Source of the DNA: an uncultured bacterium
Lineage (GTDB): Bacteria; Fidelibacterota; Marinisomatia; Marinisomatales; UBA1611
Length of the DNA: 47,538 nucleotides
NCBI GenBank assembly: GCA_964478995.1
Contig: CAYZJY010000003.1
Location: 1-47,538 of the forward strand
Direction of reading: 5' to 3'
In this document: positions 9,226-18,361 of the stretch, in pieces
Numbering within the stretch: the first letter of the stretch is position 1
How the letters are laid out: each line of letters starts with the position of its first letter
Notes under the pieces: model-generated
What the model was told of the DNA's origin: nothing
Seen by the model: only the letters and a program-made list of their open reading frames with translations
The model's database searches: none
Program-made: the position numbers and the translations under genes

Positions 9226-9312
9226 AGTAGGTGGGGAGTCGTGCGTGCTATCCCCATGAAAATTAAAGATTTATAAGTTATTGATAATATTAAAATAAGG
9301 AGATGTTCAAAT

Positions 9313-9726
9313 ATGAATCTCAAGCGGAGAACTCAATCAGGTTTCACAATGATAGAGATCATGGTCGTAGTTGTTATCGTTGCAATTCTTGCCGTTATAG
9401 CGCTGCCGACATATTTAGACTACGTTAAGAGCTCTTATGCATCTGAAGCTCGTACCGTGATGTCAAACATAAACAATGCGTCAAAGATGTACTACCAGAC
9501 CAGAGGTGAATGGCCATCTGAGATAGATGAACTGGAACGGGCTGGTCAATTGGACGTCAGTAGGTCTACAAAATTAAAGTGGACATTTGACCTTCAATTA
9601 AGTGACCAAGGAGGCAGGATCACTGCTTCTAGCACCGAAGAGATGTCCGGCGGTGCAGGGCACCAGGTCGTCTATGATGCAGACCTTGGAAAGTTTACAG
9701 GATATGGTTCTCCCGAAGGAGAGTAA
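9313..9726 (+). CDS. pilA: type IV pilin (prepilin with class III signal peptide), probable major pilin
   Basis: The sequence MNLKRRTQSG|FTMIEIMVVVVIVAILAVIALPTY has the canonical G|FTxxE prepilin cleavage/methylation motif with Glu at +5. The protein is 137 aa and has no Cys pair. A strong AAGGAG lies 8 nt upstream of the ATG. It is the first gene after a terminator. Confidence 0.8.
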   Translation: MNLKRRTQSGFTMIEIMVVVVIVAILAVIALPTYLDYVKSSYASEARTVMSNINNASKMYYQTRGEWPSEIDELERAGQLDVSRSTKLKWTFDLQLSDQGGRITASSTEEMSGGAGHQVVYDADLGKFTGYGSPEGE

Positions 9727-9732
9727 TTCTAA

Positions 9733-10785
9733 ATGGATCTGAACAAACTGCTTAGTTATTCTGTCGATAGTGGTGCCTCCGATTTGCACCTAAGCGTTGG
9801 TTCCATACCCATGGTCAGGATCAATGGTACCATGAAGCCACTCAACATGGATGCTCTGAAGCAGGAGGACATGGAAGCGATCCTTCCACAGGTACTTGAC
9901 AATGATCAGATGGCACTCTTTGAGCAAAATAAAGAGATTGATTTTTCTGCAAGTCTAGAGGGAAAGGGCAGATTCCGTGTCAACTTTTTCAATCAGATCA
10001 AGGGAATGGCAGGAGTGTTTCGAACGATTCCCGAGGTGGTAAAGGACTTTGACGATCTTGGGATTCCGCCCGTTCTAAAGAATCTTGCGCTCATAGATAG
10101 AGGGCTTGTGCTTCTGACAGGGCCAACCGGTTCTGGAAAGAGTACGACACTTGCGGCTATGGTAGATCATATAAATACTCAAAGAAGTTGCCATATCATC
10201 ACCATTGAGGACCCCGTTGAATATTATCATGAGACAAAGGAAAGTTTGATCAATCAGAGGGAGTTAGGCGCGAATACACATAGTTTTGCAAATGCAATGC
10301 GATCCGCGCTACGTGAGGATCCAGATGTGATACTGGTTGGTGAGATGAGGGACCTGGAGACCATATCGTTGGCACTCACCGCAGCAGAGACAGGTCACCT
10401 TGTTCTTTCGACTCTTCATACCTCCAGCGCCGTAAAGACCATTGACCGTATCATTGACATTTTCCCAACAGGGCAGAAGAGCCAGATTCGTTCGATGTTG
10501 TCTGAGAGTCTGGAGGCTGTGATCGCTCAAAAACTTCTCAAGACAAAAGATGGTAAGGGTAGGATCCCGGCATGTGAGGTGATGATCGCAAATACTGCAA
10601 TACGAAATTTGATCCGTGAGGATAGGATATATCAGATCCCTAGCATCATACAATCTGGTGGCGTTGATGGGATGCAGTCTTTGGACCAAGACCTTCAGAG
10701 ATTGGTCTCAAAGGGTGAGATCGAGAGGAAAATGGCCCAGAGCATTGCAGAGAATCCCAAATTATTTGCGCAAAATATCTTATGA
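9733..10785 (+). CDS. pilT: type IV pilus retraction ATPase PilT
   Basis: This 350-aa protein has Walker A GPTGSGKST, Walker B ILVGEMRD, His box GHLVLSTLHT and the PilT-specific motif AIRNLIRE. Confidence 0.9.
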   Translation: MDLNKLLSYSVDSGASDLHLSVGSIPMVRINGTMKPLNMDALKQEDMEAILPQVLDNDQMALFEQNKEIDFSASLEGKGRFRVNFFNQIKGMAGVFRTIPEVVKDFDDLGIPPVLKNLALIDRGLVLLTGPTGSGKSTTLAAMVDHINTQRSCHIITIEDPVEYYHETKESLINQRELGANTHSFANAMRSALREDPDVILVGEMRDLETISLALTAAETGHLVLSTLHTSSAVKTIDRIIDIFPTGQKSQIRSMLSESLEAVIAQKLLKTKDGKGRIPACEVMIANTAIRNLIREDRIYQIPSIIQSGGVDGMQSLDQDLQRLVSKGEIERKMAQSIAENPKLFAQNIL

Positions 10786-11258
10786 GATTGAAAGTAACTA
10801 CTTCTGGCATAGGTTTCATTGAGGTCATGACGGCAACGGTCATCATCTCCATTGCCTGTGTTGGTCTCTTGATGGGAGTTGTACATGCTCGTGGTGAACT
10901 CCACTCCCTCGAGATCAAGGAGAGAGCCACTGAAGAATTATTGAATTACATGGAGTACTGGAAGGGACGTGTTGCTGATGGGACCCTATCGCCCTATGAA
11001 CTCGCTGGAGATCCGGATGGGGATGAGATATTTCTGGTTGGAGGTTTGGGTCAAAAGAACTCCGTTGAGGCCCGTTTATATTATGATTTTAGAAGACTAA
11101 ATAGTTTTAATGACTATGGTATTACCGACATGACACGGTATGAGTTAGAGTGCTGGATAAAGTGGGGCGACAGGTTTACCTCTCCCACTGGAAGATATGC
11201 GGGTGACACAGGTCATGAGAGAAGGATCTCGACCATCATGACCGAGTTTGAACTATGA
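10782..11258 (+). CDS. minor pilin / pseudopilin-like protein
   Basis: MRLKVTTSG|IGFIEVMTATVIISIA places Glu at +5 if cleavage occurs after the SG Gly, followed by a hydrophobic helix. Its start overlaps the pilT stop by 4 nt. Confidence 0.6.
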   Translation: MRLKVTTSGIGFIEVMTATVIISIACVGLLMGVVHARGELHSLEIKERATEELLNYMEYWKGRVADGTLSPYELAGDPDGDEIFLVGGLGQKNSVEARLYYDFRRLNSFNDYGITDMTRYELECWIKWGDRFTSPTGRYAGDTGHERRISTIMTEFEL

Positions 11259-11890
11259 TCTTGAAATTACTAAGAAAGACAAGTGCAGGCATGACGCTCC
11301 TAGAGTTATCTGCTGGGATCGTTGTGATGGCGATCATAGGGATCGGGATGACCAGTGGTGCTCAGGCAGTGATGCTTCACTATCAATCTGATACGGTTAG
11401 GCAGGACCTAAGGCAGTACGGGAATAATGTCATGCGCGAGATCATACGCGAGATGAATCTGGCCCAAAAGGTTGAGTTCGATAGTTTCAACGGTTTTTCA
11501 AGATTGAGACTTTATAGATACTTTACCGATCTATCACCTGAGTTGACCATTTCTTGTGACGATAGGGCAGGGATCCAGTTCAATGGCAATGTCCCGGTTG
11601 ATGGTGTGCTTACTTTTCCAAGAGAAGGTGTATTCAGAGGGCCAAATAAGAGAACGGTCTATGTGGATGATTTTGTGGTTGAATATGACATGCAGCCTAA
11701 CCTTGGTTCGTCTACGTTTAAGAATTCATACATGGAATTGACCCTTGTCCTTGCAATGGAGACGGATGTCATGGACGAGTCCTTTCAGCCTGTCAAAGAA
11801 CAGCATGTATATCACAGGACCGTGTTCATGGGTACAACATATATCCAGACAAAGATGACCAATGCAATGGGGTTAAACCCTGATGCATAG
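11255..11890 (+). CDS. minor pilin / pseudopilin-like protein
   Basis: KTSAG|MTLLELSAGIVVMAIIGIG is a canonical prepilin motif with Glu at +5. There is a 4-nt overlap with the upstream gene. Confidence 0.65.
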   Translation: MILKLLRKTSAGMTLLELSAGIVVMAIIGIGMTSGAQAVMLHYQSDTVRQDLRQYGNNVMREIIREMNLAQKVEFDSFNGFSRLRLYRYFTDLSPELTISCDDRAGIQFNGNVPVDGVLTFPREGVFRGPNKRTVYVDDFVVEYDMQPNLGSSTFKNSYMELTLVLAMETDVMDESFQPVKEQHVYHRTVFMGTTYIQTKMTNAMGLNPDA

Positions 11891-14141
11891 ATCCTTGTCA
11901 AAAGGGAGCGCAGCGCCATTGGCCTTGTTATTCACATTAGTGAGCATGTCATTTACGGTTGCCTATCTGAAGAATTCGTTCAGTCAGTCTGCCATGGAAA
12001 AATATAGATATACTGAGTGGAAAGCGCTTTACGCTGCTGAGGCAGGTCTGAATGATGTGGGCATTGTTGTTCTTCCATATATAGTGTCTGATACTCTTTT
12101 ATTAACCGATGGGGTAAACTATGGTAGAGATGAGAATAATAGGCCCATTGGCATGTACAAGGACATCGCTTGCTCCACCCAGTTATTACCAAATTCTACT
12201 CGCAAGGAGTATGTTGCCTATTCGACAGGAGTCGCTGATTACATGACTCCAAGTGGTACCAATGTATCTATTGAGAGACGGGTTTTTACCTCAATGAGAG
12301 CACAAGGCTTTGAAGAATACATGTATTTTACCCATGAGGAATATCCAATAGGACCTGGAAATACAGGAACTGTGAATTTTGGACCGAATGATAATCTTGA
12401 GGGCAAGGTCCATACCAATGGTGTCATGACAATGAGCAACTGGGGCTGTCCTGAATTCAGTGGTGAGGTGAACGTTACATTCGAGGCGATCGAAGAAAAT
12501 GGCAACGCAATAAATTATGGTTCATGTGATGAGGGTGACCTGTTCGAGGATGACGATGGAAATACTATTTTGGACACGGTCTCACAGATCATCTATCCTC
12601 CTGATAATTCTGCAGAGATAGCGAAGAATAATGCAACGAGGACCTTTGAGGCTGATAGCAAACTATTCAGACCAGGAAAAAAAGATACCCTGATCATGAC
12701 GGAGATCAATTTTGTTGAAGGTGGCTATTGGGCCACGCAATGGACCTACAACATCCCACCTGTAGGAAATCCTCCATCACAGTTCAATTATCTCTGGGAT
12801 GGGGTAAGTACTGGAGTTAGTGTCATGGAATTTGGGTTGCGCACATTCCCAAGTGATTTTGATGAGGAAACCAATAGTTATGATCCCAATTTTTTTATAT
12901 TAGATGGTATCACTCTTGATGGTGTAAGCCTCCTCACCCTACTGACAAATGGTGATTTTGATATAAACACTGGTGACCAGATCCTAGTCTATAACGATGA
13001 TAATACGAAAGTTCTTGCATTCACAGCCACTGGATGGGATGAAATAAATGATAATGTAACTGTGCAACTATTACCTGAGACGGTATCATACAATGGACCA
13101 GAAGGCGTTGGTTTTGATCATGGTGAGAATGTCACTTTTGTCAATACGAGTGCCAGCGATGGGTTGAATGATGATTTCGAGTGGAACAATCACATACTCT
13201 ACCACGACCATGATAGAACACAGTTGGATCCAGAGGGCTGGACCGGCTATTGCGAAGCGGGAGGCAGACAACACTTTGACTTTGATTATTGGACGGCTGG
13301 TGGCACCTCTTGCGATATCTTTACCTGTCCTGATGAGATATATAATAGCGAGCATGTCTTCATGAGCAGATCGTTCTTCGCATTAGGAAATGCACCTGAG
13401 GTCATCTATGTCAAGGGAGGACAGGTACTTGTTCGAGGTACCGTCTCTGGAAGGTACACCATTGTGACAGATGATTATACCGAATACAGAGTCCATTCGA
13501 GTAGCAATGCCATTGACAGAGTATGGGGCAACATATGGCTGATCGATGATGTGGTATATTCTGACTCACAATCTAGTGGGGAGATCATACATCCATCGAA
13601 TGGAGGATCAAATAATGTTCTTGGGCTCATATCTGGAGGAAGTGTGATCATTGCCAATACCTTGCCCAATGGAGCAAGAAGTGGAGGAACTGGCAGTGGG
13701 AACATTAAGATCAATGCAGCCATCCTGGCAATGAATGGTGGCTTCATATCACATTATTGGCAGAATACGACTGTAGGTTATTCTGGTCCATCATTGGCAT
13801 CAGGCTACGATAACCTACCTATTGCCGATGGCCGTGGAGGGCACAGGAATAATTATCGCCATGAGGATGTATCAGGACTTTATTCAAGTAACAACCAAGG
13901 TGATTATCGAGGCTATGTCAGACTATGGGGATCAGTGGTGCAGTTTAGAAGAGGCTACATGAAGAGAAATGCAACGGGACCTTACATGACCGGTGACATT
14001 GGTTATGATAAAGATTATAACTATGATTGGAATCTTCAGCTTAACCCGCCGCCATATTTCCCAGATCTCCAGAGCACGAACAATTCAGTCATATTAAAAA
14101 TGGCCTCTTATGGCGAGGCAAGGAACCACAATCAGGACTAG
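11883..14141 (+). CDS. large PilX-N-like pilus-associated protein (752 aa), possible tip/adhesin component
   Basis: The N-terminus SKGSAAPLALLFTLVSMSFTVAYL resembles PilX N-terminal helices and has no Glu at +5. The remaining roughly 700 aa are rich in G/N/D/Y/W and are not assignable by eye. There is an 8-nt overlap with the preceding minor pilin gene. Confidence 0.5.
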   Translation: MHRSLSKGSAAPLALLFTLVSMSFTVAYLKNSFSQSAMEKYRYTEWKALYAAEAGLNDVGIVVLPYIVSDTLLLTDGVNYGRDENNRPIGMYKDIACSTQLLPNSTRKEYVAYSTGVADYMTPSGTNVSIERRVFTSMRAQGFEEYMYFTHEEYPIGPGNTGTVNFGPNDNLEGKVHTNGVMTMSNWGCPEFSGEVNVTFEAIEENGNAINYGSCDEGDLFEDDDGNTILDTVSQIIYPPDNSAEIAKNNATRTFEADSKLFRPGKKDTLIMTEINFVEGGYWATQWTYNIPPVGNPPSQFNYLWDGVSTGVSVMEFGLRTFPSDFDEETNSYDPNFFILDGITLDGVSLLTLLTNGDFDINTGDQILVYNDDNTKVLAFTATGWDEINDNVTVQLLPETVSYNGPEGVGFDHGENVTFVNTSASDGLNDDFEWNNHILYHDHDRTQLDPEGWTGYCEAGGRQHFDFDYWTAGGTSCDIFTCPDEIYNSEHVFMSRSFFALGNAPEVIYVKGGQVLVRGTVSGRYTIVTDDYTEYRVHSSSNAIDRVWGNIWLIDDVVYSDSQSSGEIIHPSNGGSNNVLGLISGGSVIIANTLPNGARSGGTGSGNIKINAAILAMNGGFISHYWQNTTVGYSGPSLASGYDNLPIADGRGGHRNNYRHEDVSGLYSSNNQGDYRGYVRLWGSVVQFRRGYMKRNATGPYMTGDIGYDKDYNYDWNLQLNPPPYFPDLQSTNNSVILKMASYGEARNHNQD

Positions 14142-14150
14142 GAAACGATA

Positions 14151-15203
14151 ATGTATCTAGGATTAGACATAGGCAGACAGTATGTAAAGATGGTCGTGGC
14201 TGACAAGACCAAGGATGGATATAAACTCATCGATGCAGGATCGCGGCTCGTGCCTGAGCCCAATTCAGCCTACGACCCTGAGAAGATCGATCACTCTCAC
14301 TGGGTCATGGCAGTTAAGGAACTTTTTAGGCAGCAGGGTTTCAATCCCAAGAAGGCAAAGGGTATTATATCGGGAATTAATGGCTCATCGGCGAGCATAA
14401 AGCAGATCACGACAATGGAGATGCCATCAGATGAGCTTGAATCTGCCATGACCTTTGAGGCTAGGAAGCACATTCCCATGGATGGAACAGATGCGGTGAT
14501 CGACTATCAGATCATAGGCTCTAACAAGAAAGAGGTTGACAAGATCGATGTTGGACTGGTTGCTTGTACCAAAGGTGTGCTCAATAATCACCTGGATCTT
14601 TTAAAAGAGTGTGGGCTCAAGCCTGGAGTCGTAGATGTCAATCCAATCGCAATGAGCAATGCCTTCTCTTTCATAAAGGACATACCGGAGGATGGGCTTG
14701 TGGTCATGCTTGACATAGGCGCAATTTCATCAACCCTAGTGGTCTATGGCAAGGGTGAGCAGTTCTTCACAAGAGACCTTCCAATAGGAGGACATCATTT
14801 TGTCAAGGAATTATCTGAAAAGAAAGAGATCGGTTACATAGAGGCTCAAGACATGTTGTATCGAGATGGCATAGCTGCATCAAAGAATGATGGCATCACA
14901 GGAGATGGTGTTGGCATTGCAGAGCGTACGGTCTATGATAGCCTTGTAGAGGACATGCGTAGGTCATTGAGGTTCTATGCAAAACAGACAGGGCAGAGTT
15001 TTTTTCTGAAGATATTTTTAACGGGTGGTGCAGCGAGTACCCCAGGACTTACTGGGATCGTCAATGATAAATTGAACATTGATTGTGCTGTATTCGACCC
15101 CTTTGAGTCCATGGTCGGTGCAGAAGATGTATCTACATCAAACCCAAGTCAGTTCACAACGGCATTGGGGCTAGGAATACGTGGAGGTATGAACGTTGGA
15201 TAA
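14151..15203 (+). CDS. pilM: type IV pilus assembly protein PilM (actin-like ATPase fold)
   Basis: This 350-aa protein begins with YLGLDIGRQYVKMVV, an actin/FtsA-like phosphate-1 motif, and later has FLTGGAASTPGL. It is followed directly by PilN-, PilO- and PilP-like genes. Confidence 0.85.
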   Translation: MYLGLDIGRQYVKMVVADKTKDGYKLIDAGSRLVPEPNSAYDPEKIDHSHWVMAVKELFRQQGFNPKKAKGIISGINGSSASIKQITTMEMPSDELESAMTFEARKHIPMDGTDAVIDYQIIGSNKKEVDKIDVGLVACTKGVLNNHLDLLKECGLKPGVVDVNPIAMSNAFSFIKDIPEDGLVVMLDIGAISSTLVVYGKGEQFFTRDLPIGGHHFVKELSEKKEIGYIEAQDMLYRDGIAASKNDGITGDGVGIAERTVYDSLVEDMRRSLRFYAKQTGQSFFLKIFLTGGAASTPGLTGIVNDKLNIDCAVFDPFESMVGAEDVSTSNPSQFTTALGLGIRGGMNVG

Positions 15204-15789
15204 ACATTATATCGTTATCAACCTGAACAAGGCTGAAAGTGCGGAGACCCTCCAAGCTAGGGTCCGTGAGAAGGTACGTTGGACCGTTTTTGGGGTTCTG
15301 ATCGCGTTGCTCATTGGCGTGAATGCCAGAGTATGGATCATAAGTTCTGGGTACGACAGTATTATTGACAAAAAGGAAACGGAGATAGCGAGACTTAAGG
15401 ATGAGATCGATAAACTACAATCAGAGGGGAAGAATCTATCAAAGGATGACATCCTCTCATTTGCCGATCTCGAACAGGACCGCTTCTTGTGGGCACGAAA
15501 TCTAGAGAAAATGGGCGCACTTACACCGGATGACATTGCCATCACAGGCTTGAGGTACAAGAGGCAAAAATTGATCATCAAGGGCATCGCACTTACTTTT
15601 GAGGATCGTAAGGATTTTGAGATCATAGATGAATATGTCCAAACCCTTAGAAAGAATAAGGAATTCTCAAATAATTTCAGCAAGATCAAATACGTAGGGC
15701 ACAGCAAGGTCAATGTTAGAGGCCAGGACATTGTTAGGTTTGAGATCGAGGCGAGTTCAAAGAGGAGCAGGAAGAAGAATTTCTCCTGA
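15196..15789 (+). CDS. pilN: type IV pilus assembly protein PilN-like
   Basis: The short cytoplasmic N-terminus IVINLNK resembles the INLLP PilM-binding motif. It is followed by a single TM (WTVFGVLIALLIGV), a coiled coil and a C-terminal alpha/beta domain. There is an 8-nt overlap with pilM. Confidence 0.7.
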   Translation: MDKHYIVINLNKAESAETLQARVREKVRWTVFGVLIALLIGVNARVWIISSGYDSIIDKKETEIARLKDEIDKLQSEGKNLSKDDILSFADLEQDRFLWARNLEKMGALTPDDIAITGLRYKRQKLIIKGIALTFEDRKDFEIIDEYVQTLRKNKEFSNNFSKIKYVGHSKVNVRGQDIVRFEIEASSKRSRKKNFS

Positions 15790-15791
15790 TA

Positions 15792-16373
15792 TTGATCATG
15801 GTAGAAAAAAGAAATATCATTTTATTTGGTTGCTTGATTGTGTTGACCTTGACCTATTGGGCCAGTGCATCTTTCTTGATCGGTGACAAACCCTTTGAGA
15901 TAAGAGTATTGGAGGAAGAGCAGCAGGAACTTAACGAGAATTTGATCAGTGCTCAGATCCTTGCCAGCCAGCTGGACCGCGTCTTCACGCTGTTTCAAGA
16001 GAATCTTGCCCTATCAAAGGCAGACTCTCTTGCTGATGATGCTAGTCTCCCATTCTTGAATAACCTGACAGACATGTTGGAAGATCTGGACATCAAACTC
16101 CTAGGCATAAAGCCAAAAACTCGTATTGACAAGATCACCTATTTCAAAGCACCCTACATCATCACGTTGGAGTGTTCTTATGATCAGTTCGGAAAATTTC
16201 TCACAGAGATAGAGCGTTCCCCTAGGCTGATAACCATAGATGAGTTTGAGGTCAAGAATGGTATCGAGAGGATCAAGGCAAATACGGATGAGGAGAGACT
16301 GATCTATCAGGAATTTGTCGTGAATCTGTCAACCATAACCCTGGTCAAATCAAAAAATAAGGCGGTATCATGA
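15792..16373 (+). CDS. pilO: type IV pilus assembly protein PilO-like
   Basis: The protein has a single N-terminal TM, a coiled coil and a C-terminal domain containing YDQFGKFLTEIERSPRLITIDEFEV, as in PilO. Its position between pilN and pilP supports the call. Confidence 0.65.
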   Translation: MIMVEKRNIILFGCLIVLTLTYWASASFLIGDKPFEIRVLEEEQQELNENLISAQILASQLDRVFTLFQENLALSKADSLADDASLPFLNNLTDMLEDLDIKLLGIKPKTRIDKITYFKAPYIITLECSYDQFGKFLTEIERSPRLITIDEFEVKNGIERIKANTDEERLIYQEFVVNLSTITLVKSKNKAVS

Positions 16374-16870
16374 GCGATAGATCGATAACAATATGGAATC
16401 TTCTGGTCGGGTTTACCATTCTCTCTCTTGTGGCGACGAGTTTTAAACTATTTCCCATGAATAACAAATATAATCGTCTCAAGGCGGCAGCGGCCGACCT
16501 TCAGTTTGGTACCGATAAAGAACTTGAGAATATCATTTCCTATCTAGAAGGGAGACTTGAGGAGCGGAGCAACTACTCATTCATGATCCAGAATACACCC
16601 ATGCTGCTGACAAATGTGCTTCCACTTGCAGATGGGTCTGGGCGCAGAGTGAAACGAAATAGGAATGCGATCCGAGTTGCTCTGGTCTATCAGAGGGATG
16701 ACCATTTCCAGGCACAGATCAATTATCGAGGTAAGGCATTCACTGTCTCGGTAGGAGATGATGTACCTAACATAGGCACCATTGTGGAGATCGATGGGAC
16801 TAAGGTTACCATTCGAACTAGCGGTGGAAAGAAATCTTATCCTGCGCCAGGGTATGAGACATCAACATGA
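16370..16870 (+). CDS. pilP: PilP-like protein (TM-anchored rather than lipoprotein)
   Basis: The protein has an N-terminal TM and no lipobox Cys. Its C-terminal beta-rich block RVALVYQRDDHFQAQINYRGKAFTVSVGDDVPNIGTIVEIDGTKVTIRTSG matches the PilP pattern. It overlaps its neighbours by 4 nt on both sides. Confidence 0.55.
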   Translation: MSDRSITIWNLLVGFTILSLVATSFKLFPMNNKYNRLKAAAADLQFGTDKELENIISYLEGRLEERSNYSFMIQNTPMLLTNVLPLADGSGRRVKRNRNAIRVALVYQRDDHFQAQINYRGKAFTVSVGDDVPNIGTIVEIDGTKVTIRTSGGKKSYPAPGYETST

Positions 16871-18360
16871 GATATTTGGAAAAAATTATGAAGGATAAAC
16901 GAATGATTAAGCATTGGAAAATTTTGATCGCTATTGCGATCATGGTCACTACCCATGGACCTCTCCATGGGCAGTCGATCGAGGATGGGTCTGCTGAGGA
17001 TAATACCTTGATAACGATACATGCAGAGGATGCCTTTTTACCCAGCATCTTAGCCATATTGGCGAAAGAGAGTGGATATAACATAGTCACTGATCCCAAT
17101 GTCAATAAGCAGGACAAGGTCTCGATCCATTTGGATGAGGTCCCGATCGAGCAAGCGATCAATCTGGTCGTTAGGGCAGTAGGTCTGGGTTATGAGGTTG
17201 TTGGAAATTCATTCCTCATCGCTGATCCAAAGAAATTGAAGGAAGAGGTTGGGGTCACCTCTTACGTTCTCACATTGAAATATGCTGCTGCTGAGGATGT
17301 AAAGAATCTCCTCCAGGATATCTCTGACCAGATCCAGGTTGACATTCCTGGCAATAAACTTCTGGTCAATGCATCCCCAAAGAAAATAGCAGAGATAATA
17401 AAAGTTGTTGAGAGTGTCGATGTCCCAGCGATCCAGATCATGCTGGAGACCCGTTTGATAGAGGTTGCTGCAGATATTGAGGAGCAATTGGGACTAGACT
17501 GGTCAAAGATATCCAATTACAAGACCATTCTAGCAGAGAATGGTGTGCCTCTTGAAGAAGGCGGAGGGTCGATTGTGCCCGATGATCAAACGATAGGTGA
17601 ATTACCTGCTACAATGGGCTTTAACAGATTGAGCAAGATGACAGATAAGGACAAGACAGGAATATTACCAAAATATTTTAGTAGACAACTAACAGCATTT
17701 GAACTGACCCTTGACATGCTTTTGAGAAATAATAAGGCAGAGGTGTTGGCAGATTCTAGGCTCACAACGATCAATGGTAGGGAGGCAAACATCAAACTGG
17801 TGGACATTGTACCTTACATCCTTAGTTCAGGTGGTGTTGGTGGCCAAGTGCAGGTTCAAAAGGAAGAAGTGGGAATAAAATTAAACGTTCTGCCAACGGT
17901 CAATACCGATGGATACATCACTGTCAAAGTGGAGCCTGAGGTGTCAACCATATTTGAATTCATTGGCCCAGATGCAAATATACCAAGAGTTAAGAGCAGG
18001 GCTTCATCCAGTACCATAAGGGTTAGGGATGGTGAGTCCATTATAATTGGTGGTCTATTGAGCAATGACAAGAAGAAGACAACCTTTAAGGTTCCGATCC
18101 TTCATAAGATACCCTATTTGGGTGAGAAGATATTCACCTCTAGAGGTGTGATAGAAAGAAAGACGGACCTGGTCATCCAGATCACACCAAAGATCATAGA
18201 AGATGCCTACACTGGCATAGTGAAGTCCAAGGAAGTATCAGATTATGAGAAATATGTCATTGGTGGGCAATCACCGCAGGACAAAATAGAATTGGATACT
18301 GGAGATGGAATTGAAGTTCAAGCAGAAGAACTAGAATCATCTGAGGGAAAAGGGGAGTAG
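16867..18360 (+). CDS. pilQ: type IV pilus secretin PilQ (GspD superfamily)
   Basis: This 497-aa protein has a signal peptide and an STN-like N-terminal domain (ITIHAEDAFLPSILAILAKESGYNIV). Its secretin C-domain contains RVRDGESIIIGGL...KVPILHKIPYLGEKIF...TDLVIQITPKII. Confidence 0.85.
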   Translation: MRYLEKIMKDKRMIKHWKILIAIAIMVTTHGPLHGQSIEDGSAEDNTLITIHAEDAFLPSILAILAKESGYNIVTDPNVNKQDKVSIHLDEVPIEQAINLVVRAVGLGYEVVGNSFLIADPKKLKEEVGVTSYVLTLKYAAAEDVKNLLQDISDQIQVDIPGNKLLVNASPKKIAEIIKVVESVDVPAIQIMLETRLIEVAADIEEQLGLDWSKISNYKTILAENGVPLEEGGGSIVPDDQTIGELPATMGFNRLSKMTDKDKTGILPKYFSRQLTAFELTLDMLLRNNKAEVLADSRLTTINGREANIKLVDIVPYILSSGGVGGQVQVQKEEVGIKLNVLPTVNTDGYITVKVEPEVSTIFEFIGPDANIPRVKSRASSSTIRVRDGESIIIGGLLSNDKKKTTFKVPILHKIPYLGEKIFTSRGVIERKTDLVIQITPKIIEDAYTGIVKSKEVSDYEKYVIGGQSPQDKIELDTGDGIEVQAEELESSEGKGE

Positions 18361-18361
18361 C

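Noticed and set aside
9226-9260. Possible sigma-54 promoter (GG-N10-GC) upstream of the pilin gene, as in many pilA genes.
   Set aside because: The best candidate, TGGGGAGTCGTGCGTGC, does not place the GC dinucleotide at the spacing required by TGGCAC-N5-TTGC; it is off by about 2 nt. It also lacks the TTGC element. No PilR-like or other enhancer-binding protein gene is present in the window.
15207-15731. 174-aa minus-strand ORF covering most of pilN.
   Set aside because: It is antisense to a gene that fits the PilM-N-O-P context with translational coupling. The product is low-complexity (S/L-rich) with no motif, so it is a shadow ORF.
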